Source: Neoechinorhynchus agilis
Lineage: Eukaryota; Animalia; Acanthocephala
Direction of reading: 5' to 3'
Assembly (NCBI GenBank): GCA_051530055.1
Contig: CM121342.1
Location: 12,167,480 to 12,231,479 of the forward strand
Length of the DNA stretch: 64,000 nucleotides
The position numbers were made by a program, and so were the translations under genes. Numbering within the stretch: position 1 is the first letter of the stretch; each line of letters opens with the position of its first letter. This document shows positions 53,593-64,000 of the stretch, piece after piece. The notes below the pieces were generated by a model, which worked only from the letters and a program-made list of their open reading frames with translations, searched no databases and was not told where the DNA came from.

Positions 53593-53840
53593 TAGACGAA
53601 CTTCCTTTTAGATTTCGTTCACGTTTTAAGCGAACAAACCGAATCGATGTTCGAACTTATTATGCCTTCACGAAATCAGTGTTAACGGATGGTATGCCCC
53701 AAAATGATGCAAGGTGGTGAATATTCTTTAAACGCCAATGCACTTTTGAGATTTAATAATGATGCGCTGTAACTTACAATGCATTTATTCTCGAACTTAA
53801 ATGAACGTGAAAATGCCGATTTGTTAGGTAACATCGTAGT

Positions 53841-55590
53841 GAGTGTTATTTTGGCCTTCACTCAGCAAAAAAAATTCGTTAAAAACGTTTCGCATTTCTT
53901 CGGGAGATGTTATTTTGCCCTTCACTCAGAAAAGATTTTTTCATTAAAGACGTTTAGAAACCCGTCGGGAGTGTACGTCAGGTATTCACCCGGTAAAGAT
54001 TTTTTTATTAAAGACGTTTGGAACCTCGTCGGGAGTGTTAGTTAGATCTTCACCAGGTAAAGATTTTTATTAAAGACGTTTCGAATCCTGACTGGAGTTT
54101 TATTTTTGTCTTCACCCTGTAATTTTTTTTAAAGACGTTGCGAACCTGGTAGGGAGTTTTAGTTAGGTCTCCATTCAGTAAAGATTTTTAATTAAGGACG
54201 TTTCGAATCTCACCAAAAGTTTTATTTTTGTCTTCACTCGGTAAAGAATTTTTTATTAAAGATGTTTAGAACCTCGTCGAGAGAGTTAGTTAGGTCTTAA
54301 CCCGGTCAAGATTTTTCTTATTAAAGACGTTTGGAACATCGTCGGGAGTGTTTCTTCACCCCGTAAGGATTTTTTATTAAAGACGTTTTGAACCTCGTCG
54401 GAAGTGTTAGTTAGGTCTTCACCCGGTAAAGCTTTTTTATAAAAAGCGTTTAGAACCTCGTCGGGAGTGTTAGTTAGGTCTTCACAGGGTAAAGATTTTT
54501 ATTAAAGACGTTTCGAATCTTGACTGGAGTTTTATTTTTGTCTTCACCCGGTAAAGATTTTTTATGGACGTTTCGAACCTCGTAGGGAGTGTTCGTTAGG
54601 TCTCCATTCAGTAAAGATTTTTCATTAGAGACGTTTCGAAGGTCACCAGGAGTTTTATTTTTGTCTTCACCCGGTAAAGAATTTTTTATTAGACGTTTGG
54701 AACCTTGTCGGGAGTGTTAGTTAGGTATCCATTCCGTAAAAATTTTTCATTAAAGACGTTTCGAACCTCGCCGAGAGTGTTATTTTTGGCTTTCACTCAG
54801 TAAAGATTTGTCATTAAAGACGTTTCGAATCTAGTCTGGAGTGTTATTTTGGTCTTCACCTGGTAAAGATATTTTATTAAAGACGTTTCGAACCTTGTCG
54901 GGAGTGATAGTTGGGTCTCGATTCAGTAAAGATTTTTCATTAAAGACGTTTCGAAACCTCTTAGGGAGTGTTAGTTAGGTCTTCACAGGGTAAAGATTTT
55001 TATTAAAGACGTTTCGAATCTCGGATTCATTTTTTTGTCTTCACCCGATAAAGATTTTTTAATGACGTTTCGATCCTCGTAGGGAGTGTTCGTTAGGTCT
55101 CCATTCAGTAAAGATTTTTCATTAAGGACGTTTCGAATCTTGACTGGGGTGCTATTTTGGTCTTCACCTGGTAAAGATTTTGCATTAAAGACGTTTCGAA
55201 TCTAGTGTGAAGTGTTATTTTGGTCTTCACCTGGTAAAGATATTTTATTAAAGACGTTTCGAAACCTCTTAGGGAGTGTTAGGTAGATCTCCATTCATTA
55301 AAGATTTTTTATTAAAGATGTTTCGAACCTTGTCGGGAGTGTTAGTTAGGTCTCCATTCATTAAAGATTGTTTATTAAAGACGTTTGAAACCTCGTCGTG
55401 AGTGTTAGTTAGGTCTCCATTCAATAAAGATTTTGCCATTAAAGACGTTTCGAACTTCGTAGGGAGTGTTATTTTTGGCCTTCACTCAGTAAAGATTTTT
55501 CATTAAAGACATTTCGAATCTAGTTTGGAGTGTTATTTTGGTCTTCACCTGGTAAAGATATTTTATTAAAGACGTTTGAACCTAGTCGGG
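53841..55590. repeat. Satellite/minisatellite of 28 tandem ~62-bp units with subtype block duplications
   Basis: Consensus tcttcacccggtaaagattttttattaaagacgtttcgaacctcgtcgggagtgttagttagg. I counted 28 aaagacgttt-type anchors from 53882 to 55568. Confidence 0.95.
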
Positions 55591-55616
55591 GTCTGGTTCA
55601 TCATCCGTCAATAAAA
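55561..55616 (-). ncRNA. Decayed full minimal hammerhead motif capping the satellite
   Basis: Minus strand ttttattga-CGGATGA-T-GAACC-loop-GGTTC-AAACGTC-tttaataaaa. Helix I (about 9 bp) and helix II (5 bp) are intact; U4 is mutated and G12 deleted. Confidence 0.6.
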
Positions 55617-55639
55617 ATTTTGAGACTTTCAAAGCAATA

Positions 55640-55724
55640 AATAACAAACTGATATTGAATCCTACAAGCTTTGAAACGTCTTTAATAAAAAATTCTTTAT
55701 CGTATGGAGACCCAAATAACACTT
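55640..55724 (+). ncRNA. Second decayed hammerhead motif plus one satellite-like flank, inverted relative to the array
   Basis: CTGATAT-TGAAT...GAAACGTC-tttaataaaaaattctttatcgtatggagacccaaataacact. Confidence 0.5.
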
Positions 55725-56458
55725 GTGTATGTGGTGTTTCAATAAGAACGACGATCGGAGGATCAAATAGCTCTAGTGACAATTTGACACTGAGCATATT
55801 GAACGCACTTGTTAGCGCACATTAGCATATCCGTGCCGCAGATCGATGTTAGAAACCCATTGGTCATGAACAATGCGAACGAGCTGCAAAGCATTATTAA
55901 GAGAATAATAAACGTTTGCATATGATTGATATGAAGGTGATATGTTAGCGCATCAAGAGACACTCATGGATTCTCACCCGCACATTCCACACGCTCGTTT
56001 GTAGTCCACAAACACACATATCAGAATCGCTCCACCTGCAAGAGTAAGCGTTTGGCAGAATGGGAGTAGTCTTTGTTCGTTTGTCTATTCTTACACACAC
56101 ACTGAACGATTCTCCTTTCGTTCTATAGACAAAAAAGGATAACACTTTTGGCACCATCCATCGTGTATTCTCCTAATATCAAGACGAAGTGCCTCCTTTC
56201 CTCAATCCTACTTGTATCACAATTGAACGAGCGTCTCGAGAACCCGGGGCGTTTGTACATCAAATACCAACATTCATCTCACAAACCCCTTACTCTGCCG
56301 CCACCGCCGCAGCCGCTGCATTCAATAACGCTCGCATATACTCCAGAAACGAATTCGGTTTAAATCAAGTGCTCAACTTTAAAAGGCATATCTTTTTTGG
56401 TTTCACAACTGTCTCTTGCACGAGTCGTATCACTTTTTACAGCCATTTACATCTCATC

Positions 56459-58418
56459 ATGAGTTCCCGTGCCATAATCATTGCATTGATCGTTTCCTTT
56501 ATTTGCAATAACCAGTTTGGACAGAGCGTGAGTGGACGGTTGCTGAAGCATCGGCACCGGAGACCGATAAGACAATCTATTGACTATAATGGATTCGACG
56601 ATTATGAAGGCGATTATGACAATTCGGTGCACGTCAGCGATGCCACTGTTTCTCCGTCGATCACTGATGAATACGGAGATGATGAAGAGGAACTGTATAC
56701 AGAATTGGTGACCAGCTACGTTTTATCCACTACACCGTTAAGCTACCACGAAGTCGACGAAGAATACAGTGGCACAACAAGTGAAGATGGAATTTACACT
56801 CAAAGCTGGGAGGAATTGGGTGAATCTTCAATTCCGTCTACTGGGCAGGATGATTGGGCGTCTATTGAAGACGAAGATGATTTAGTCCGCGAAGAGCCCG
56901 ACAAAAAGGAGTTACATGAAGTGATCACACTACAGAAAGAAGACGAGAGGACGACGGACGATGATGAACAGTCTTTACCAGAAAGATGGTTTGTTCCACT
57001 CAAAACGCCAATTACTGAGGATGACGAGAGCTACGATCAGACTACGGCGTTAACGCTCTCACAAGAAGTGAAACCCAGATCCGACGAATCAACGTACGAC
57101 TACGATTACACAACGAATCAAACGCAAGAACCAACAACCCAATCAACTGAGGGACTCACGGATGTCTCCACCTCAACGGACCCTCCCCTAACGTCATCAA
57201 CTGAGACGACTTCTCAGGCCAGTAGCGAGACAAGCTTTTCGTATTATTCGGAGAGTACGACGAGCACTGAGCCACTGGAACGCACAGAGAAATACGAATC
57301 GACTAGTATGTTTTCTGATGATTTTACAAGTGTTCCGGATACTTATGAAGAAACTCAGTTCCCAGATTTCACAAAAACGACCATTCACGAAATCGCGACG
57401 ATTGACAGTAACAAAGATACTGAACCGTCTATGACGACACAAGAAACTGATGAAAGTATCAACGAAGTTATCATAGAAACTTTTGATGAAGATAGTTAGT
57501 GTGGATAAGAACTTCTGATAACGTCTGATTTCTATTCGTAAATTTAGGTGTATCAGTAAGCGAAGAATCGTATCAAAAAGAATACGAAACCACTGGTCAA
57601 ACAGAGGAGTACAAAACAAAACAAGAAATCAACAGAAACGAAGAGAATCGGTCCAAGGAGTTGGAAAGGAAAGAGAGACGTGCGTATTTCATCCGAACGG
57701 CCGGGGTTATGAACATTTTTCCGACTTCCTGAAAAACCTCAGATCGCTATGTCCAGCTTCACAACTTTTGCATTTAGGTTGTACAAAACGAGGGGAAACC
57801 TTTCAACATCTTTATAATGACGGCAAACCATCGTGTTTCATGTTCAACTATTGCTCAAATGAGAATTCGGCCCCTCGTGCGATCCGGTGTCCGTTTCGTA
57901 TGCAATGGATTCCGGGGACAAAATCGTGTATGCCAGAAACCAATTCGTGCCGCCAAGAGAGAGTTCAGCTCGATCATACACCAAGTAAGTATAAATTCAG
58001 AAAAATTAAGCATAAACCTAATTTAGTTTGGCTTTTATACCAACTCGAATGTCCACCAACAGCCTCTCTAAACTTAAACGAGCGAAGCCAAATTCACATG
58101 TTCAATTATTATAAGAAGCTACGAGACAGTCGCGAGCTTCAAAACAATCCGCCTATTGATCTATTCACCGAAGTAATCCTCAAAACTGGGATCTATAGAC
58201 ATCTTCAGGATTCATGTACTGGATTCTTTAAATGTGCGTACAAACGTAAAGGACTCATACACGTTCTTAAGGAAGCCGGACTTGGCTTTTGCGACCGCGG
58301 TGACGCATTCAATCAGCAATGGAATTGGTGTGTTAATCGAGCTGGAATGTCAGCGGGATACGGGTCTACACATCCTGATTCATGGCAGCGGTATGAATGC
58401 CAATCACAGTTTTATTAA
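56459..58418 (+). CDS. Secreted acidic Thr/Ser/Glu-rich mucin-like protein with two C-terminal chitin-binding type-2-like (peritrophin-A) domains
   Basis: Signal peptide MSSRAIIIALIVSFIC, RHRR site, long D/E/T tract. Probable introns at 57495-57547, 57680-57777 and about 57984-58025. CTKRG..FQH...SCFMFNYC...RCP..MQW...TKSC and a second C...FFKC...FC..G..FN...WC module. Confidence 0.72.
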
Positions 58419-59289
58419 TCCTTAAACACAAAACTTATTCATTATTTCACTGTATTTTATTAGAAAATGTCTTTTTCTCTCCGTAAAACACGAATTTCAA
58501 AACAAAATAAAATCAATTTGGAAATGTTGTGGCGTTTTTTAAACGAATCCAACAAGATTCGAGGTTGTTTTCATGGCGCTTTTTCTTCATTGGAAAAGAG
58601 TATTTAAAACAATTATGTGCACAATCAACTAAGAACACTTCGAGAACCCTTGATTTTTCGATTATTTCGCGACTTGGATCTACGAATTAGAAAAGTTAAC
58701 AATGCTCATCAGTATCGAGTATTTACGCCTGAATTTCACGATTGTGTAACTTTTAATAGTTTGGCATCATTATTTTCTCGTTGAATTTTCGATGTAGAAT
58801 GCTCGTAAATTTCTTTTTTTGGAGAATAAAATCGACTATTAACAACACTGTCTGAATCTTCGAGTGTTGTTCAACTTAAGATCGAATCCGTGCATTGATT
58901 CCAATCGCTCGCACAAGTACAAAGAAAGTCTACCATGAACACTAAACGTTCCATATCGCTTGGAAAGTTGAAGTTTTGAACCAAACCGGTTGTTCTGAAA
59001 TGTTCGCAAATATCGCGAATCGAAAATCAATAAATTGTTCTATTATTTAAAGAACGACCGGTAAAATAGAGGGATTATATTTAAAATTCTCCATTTGGCC
59101 AAAAACTCTAGATTACTCATCTTCAAGGGAAAAGGTATAAATTTTATCTCATTGAAAAAATTCGGTATTTAAACGCGTTTTTTAGTGCGAAAAACACATC
59201 GGCGTTAGAATTCGTTGAGTACGTGCGCGTGTGCGTTCACTTTCGATTCAACGAATTTTGAACATATTTTTTTTGCCTTGATCACTAAG

Positions 59290-60439
59290 ATGTCTTCTGA
59301 TCAGAATGTATACGATATCAGCATTGATGAGGACGAACAAACTCCTTTTATAATGGCCCATGCGGCCAACAAAGTACGCGATAACGGTCTTGAGAAGTTT
59401 TTACAATCGACGGGTCGGACGGAGACCCAGTCCATGACGGCATTTCGACAGGCGATAGTAAACGAGATAATTTCAATAATAATGGTCAACAAGCCACTTG
59501 TTAAAGTGGTCGTGAGTGGCTCAACGACGCTGGGTGCCTGCGTATCTGATTGTGATATTGATTTATTGGTGATTTCGCCATCTGAAGACACTGATGACGA
59601 GAATGGGTTTTTACAGTCCTTGAAGGACGTAATGACGTCAAGAGGAACTGAAGTTCGGATAGCCTCGACACCATCGGTGATGGTGATGGCTTTCTTTTAC
59701 CCGCCATTGGGGGGAATGCAGCAGACGGAGTCGACGGTGATTTCTGGACCGCCGGCTAATAAACAATTAAAAGTAGATATTCTATTCGCGAAATTTGTGA
59801 CGAATCTAGACAAGGTTGATGTGAATCAATCACCAATACATCAACTGGTTTCTTTAGAACCGGGTTGTTGATGCAAACTAAATGGTGGGAACTTCTCATT
59901 TTAAGGTCAAAAGCTCGGTTATATCGGATGTTCATTCAGTAAGATCATTTAGTGCGTACCGAACTATGGTGCTCATAAAACAATCAATTTCGAATCTAAG
60001 CGCTTTTCAAAATGCCTTGATTTTTATTAAACTTTGGGCTAGGTACAATCGCATTTATGGAAATTACGGTGTATTCGGTGGAATCGTGTGGACTTTGATG
60101 CTGGCCAAAGTATCAGTTAGATTTCCACGAGCACATGCTAGTAAGCTTTTGTATTTGTTCTTTCTTTTATATTCAAACTGGCCATGGCCTAAACCTGTGG
60201 TCCTTTTTCCATTGGATGATGGACCAAACAAAATATCTCCAGATGAAGAACTTCTCTTCTTAGATAAGCAAAAGTACCTTATGCCTGTCATTGCTCCAGT
60301 GTATCCATATGAAAATATGACAAAACTTGTTGATAAATTATCGGCAGAGAGAATCAAAGCGGCTTTGGCCGATGGACTTGGAATGGTCACTTATGTGGCT
60401 TCAGAAACAAGGGGCTGGGATGCTTTCTTCGTCGCTTAA
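59290..60439 (+). CDS. Divergent canonical-family poly(A) polymerase (catalytic + central domains only); one ~58-nt intron near 59849-59906
   Basis: GS..LG....DCDIDLL, VDILFA, IKLWA..NRIYGN..VFGG..W, LLYLFF..YSNWPWPKPV and MPVIAPVYPYEN follow the PAPOLA/Pap1 order. The ORF stops at WDAFFVA*. Confidence 0.85.
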
Positions 60440-62684
60440 ATCAACTTGTTAAGGACAGGGATCGAACATCTTTTCAAGATCTTCAAAGTAGAGTGCACGA
60501 GGAGAAGAAGTTGACTTATTGGATTGTGCGGGGCCAATTGGGGGCTTAGAATATAAAAAGCATCTAGGTGATTGGCCATACGAAATAAGCAATAAAAATC
60601 GCACAGTTCTATCTTAGCCTGTTTCCGATTTTCACCCTGCTGCGAAAAAAACGAGTTAAATTTATTCGTTTACAGCTAAAAATCATGCCGGATTACGTTC
60701 ACGAGCAAAGTATAAAAATATTTTGAAGTGAAATCCGACGTTTAGCCATATTTTCGCACATTTGCCCGCTTGATGAAATAAATAAATAAAACCGAATTCT
60801 TTGATTATATAGACATTATTCGTTTTTATGTGATGAACCTCCTGCGGCTTATTCAGCTCTAAATTTTTATTTCGATCAAAATTAAACCAATTAAAATGCA
60901 AGGCGTGTTCATTGGAAATCATTGATTTATCGTTACTGCATTTGCCGACACGCTGTAGAAACTCCGTTATGAGAGCATTGTACAGTGAGTTTTGGAATGT
61001 GGGTCTTGTAGCCAACAACACTTTTAATTGGGATTTGAACTTCAATAGTATTCGGAGAATTAAATTTCAGAAAAATTGAGAGTAATTTTTTTTAATTATG
61101 CAACAAGATAAGCAATTCTCTGGAAATAATGTTTTAAATCACATTTTGTGTGCGGATTTAAAAAATTTGATTTTTCCATCAACAAACGATCTAAATTCGA
61201 TAGCTCGGCGATTTACAAGAACGAGTTAAGAACAAGAAATTACTTCTCATTGCTTTATTATTTTAAAAATATTGTGCGCTTGCACATGGGATTTAAATTA
61301 TTGATTTTTTAATCCTTACCGCTGGTTTGACAAGGCACATGCCTCACGAACTCAATTACCTTTCATGTTAGCCGACTTGTTTATAGCTTAATTGTTTCTA
61401 GATGTAGTAGTCAACGGATGAAATGAGTGATAATCCATCGCAGTAATTCGCAACAAAATTGATGCCATCATCTGCGCGCCGCGATGGATTCAAAATAATT
61501 TCAAAAAATATTTACGATAAGCCGGGATACTGATTAATTCGCAATTGAAAAAATCATACACACAATGAGTATTGATAAAATTCGACACGGCGTCTGTCTA
61601 ACCAATCAGAATCTTTGGATTAGAGTGACGTGACTAAACAAAAATAAATCTGTTTTAGTTTTGACTATAATCATAAATTTTGCGAAATCTCAATTTTTAC
61701 GTTCAAATAAAAGAACCGATTGCCCATTACCTGACAGATGCACCGAAACAATCGATTTCGGCAAAAGAACGAACGGTTGGATCACGAAGTTCATCGTTTG
61801 AACCACCGCGCACTTCAATTGGGCAAAGCAGACGAGCGGTGCGTCAAGGACAGAGCAAGTCATCGGAGGAAATGGTGCGTTATCCATCAGATTCTCCGAA
61901 TTGTTGAATCGTCTCATAAAATACCCGTGGAAGCTTTGAAAGTCCCGCCGAAGATCGGATCGTTTTCGAAATATCCCCGGCGTTTCATCTTTAAACCTGA
62001 ACATGCGAAAAAATGTCTGGTCGCATCTTTTAAGGGTGCAAACTGCAATTACACAGACATGTCGGGCGACCATCTGGAAAAGGGATAAATTCCTTTTTGA
62101 GAAGATCTTTAATCGCTATAAACTTTTTTCCGGATATCTTTAAAAGGTCACCTGGAAATTAATTTTAATATCGACCAATTAACCCGGCCTTTGGAAACAG
62201 GTGGAGTGCATTGAATCATCTGGTTAAATTCCAAATCCGTTATATTGCAAATATTCAGAAATTTTATTTAAAAACAATGTAGGTATTTCCAATACGCGGG
62301 AAGGGATTAGAACTATGCTGTCGCTTATCCGGTAGTTCCGACGACTTAATAGATTTAAAAAAGTGAGCTGTTTTCTTACTAGAATTTAAGAAATGTGCAC
62401 CCAAAGAAGTTTCGATCGTTAATTTTTGATAATTGTGGCTAATTTTAAGTAAAAAAACTAACCGTAAAATTCCTTGGAAAGGTCACATGCTGATTGGACT
62501 GAGGGTTGCGCATGAAAATTACAATGAATCCAGAAAACTGGCCTAGTTTTCCTAAAGGTGTCTGTGCATCGCGTTTCGGTGTCATGTTTACATTCTTTGT
62601 TTCTCCATAATTATCTCTCGCTCTTCAGCTCCTTCTCAAAGTGCGTAAATGACTAATATGCGCTTTCCTATTGGTTGATGCAAA

Positions 62685-63631
62685 ATGTCTTCTAGACGCA
62701 TTAGAAGTAGGCATCTGGGAAGTGAGACCTATCTGCTAAGTTCACACTTTATGACACCTCAACGCCCAACTCGTCCTCTGTTTCACCTTAAAGAATCTTC
62801 CCGACCGACTAATAGAGAAAAGCGAATTTATCAAAACACAAACCAGATGCTTGACAGAAGCTCCACCGCCAGTTCTGCGGTTATGGTGGAAAAAGCCAGA
62901 AACGCCAGCTGGATTCAAAACAGTATGCCGTTCGATCCGCTCCTTATACAGCCGCCACATTACCACCAATTACCCGGCACCGCAGCCGAACCCAACTCCG
63001 ATGGGTTCGCTAACTCCTATTCGTCGACGACGAACCAATACTACGTCATCAATCAACCTTCCCCGTATGACCGTTGGTACAACCATCAAAGCAACGGTCA
63101 TCATCAATTCTATTACGATTCTCGGAACCAACCTTTTAGCTACACCGACGGATTCTGTCTCAACTCTGAAGACATTGATCCAAGGTGTTCACGTCGAAGA
63201 ATCTCTGCCAATAAAAAAGAAAGGAGGCGAACTCAGAGCATCAACAATGCATTTGCTCATCTTCGAAACTGTATTCCAAACGTTCCTAAGGATACAAAAC
63301 TTTCGAAAATCAAGACTCTCCGATTAGCTACCAAATATATCGAGTATCTGATGGACAGATTGTCGAAACCGGGAAATTCGAATGAAAATCATAACGGACA
63401 TGATATTGCGTCGGATTTTAAAGCTGATCTTGGAAAAACTCGAAAGGTTTGTACTTTTTTTCTTTTAATTTGAAACATTAACTCGCTTTCTCGTTCAAGC
63501 GCTCAGCTGCTGCTTGTCTAGCGACGTCACAACCAAGTGGTGCTAAAAAGAGTAAAAGCAGAACGGGGTGGCCTCAGGAAGTCTGGGCCAATGAGCTGAG
63601 GCCATTGAAACTCGAGTGTAAAGACGTGTAA
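62685..63631 (+). CDS. Hand: Hand bHLH transcription factor; exons 62685-63446 and 63500-63631
   Basis: [49 protein letters not shown] and the C-terminal [13 protein letters not shown] motif after a 53-nt GT-AG intron. Confidence 0.96.
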
Positions 63632-64000
63632 ATATCAAGTTCAAATTCGGATTGTTTTGTGTATTGCCGCGTTCGATCTCCCTTCAAACTTGTGATACGC
63701 AGCTTGTGTACAGCTCTTTCTTTTTTGTCTTTTAATAAATACTTTGTCCAAATATCATTGGTCGCCCTAACAGAGACGTTGTCCAGATATGTCAAAATGG
63801 CAATCTGGCGACCTCATTATCTTCGGGATCCAATTATTTATTCGAAAGCAACAACATTGTTTATCAAGTTAGAACATAGTTTTCTATAAAATAAACCGCG
63901 AATAGAATTCTTAGGATTTAATTCTCTTTTTACAACATGATCTACAAAATTTCATCGCCTTTTTAATTACGCTGAGACAATGGTATTAAATCAACCAATA

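Noticed and set aside
53841-55590. CRISPR array interpretation of the 62-bp repeats
   Set aside because: The variable parts are homologous subtypes rather than unique spacers, there are no cas genes, and the context is eukaryotic.
53841-55590. tRNA/SINE origin or TFIIIC B-box array (GGTTCGAAAC on the minus strand)
   Set aside because: No A-box or cloverleaf is present. The motif is better explained as the hammerhead helix II-GAAA junction, given CTGATGA in full copies.
61680-62088. Cluster of 75-127-aa ORFs upstream of Hand
   Set aside because: No recognisable domain or consistent splice structure.
62060-62720. Three CATCTGG E-boxes around the Hand start (autoregulation)
   Set aside because: Short motifs, one inside the CDS, and no conservation data are available.

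Overview
Eukaryotic (metazoan) genomic DNA, AT-rich, with very short spliceosomal introns (mostly about 40-60 nt). No prokaryotic, CRISPR, rRNA or tRNA features are supported. Recognisable genes in order: SFR1/Mei5-like, a coiled-coil gene, an N-terminally extended Elongin-C-like gene, a METTL7-like methyltransferase, an intronless GLUT/SLC2A transporter, an Lmx LIM-homeobox gene, a VWA7-like gene, a divergent Hsp70 ending in EEVN, an intronless LRR transmembrane receptor, a STRA6-like gene, a C-type lectin/EGF membrane protein, an SLC37-like pseudogene, a secreted CXXX-periodic Cys/Pro protein, an orphan secreted protein, an acidic mucin-like protein with chitin-binding-like domains, a truncated divergent poly(A) polymerase, and Hand. 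Repeats include two CRE-type retroelement 3' relics, several APE-type LINE relics, a foldback/MITE family and two tandem arrays. The most striking observation is a family of minimal type-I hammerhead-ribozyme-like motifs of the Penelope-associated kind (19.3, 28.2 and 55.6 kb). A 28-copy, ~62-bp satellite (53.8-55.6 kb) is built from only the 3' (cleavage-site) half of this motif and is capped by a head-to-head pair of decayed full motifs. All calls come from manual reading; no database searches were run.
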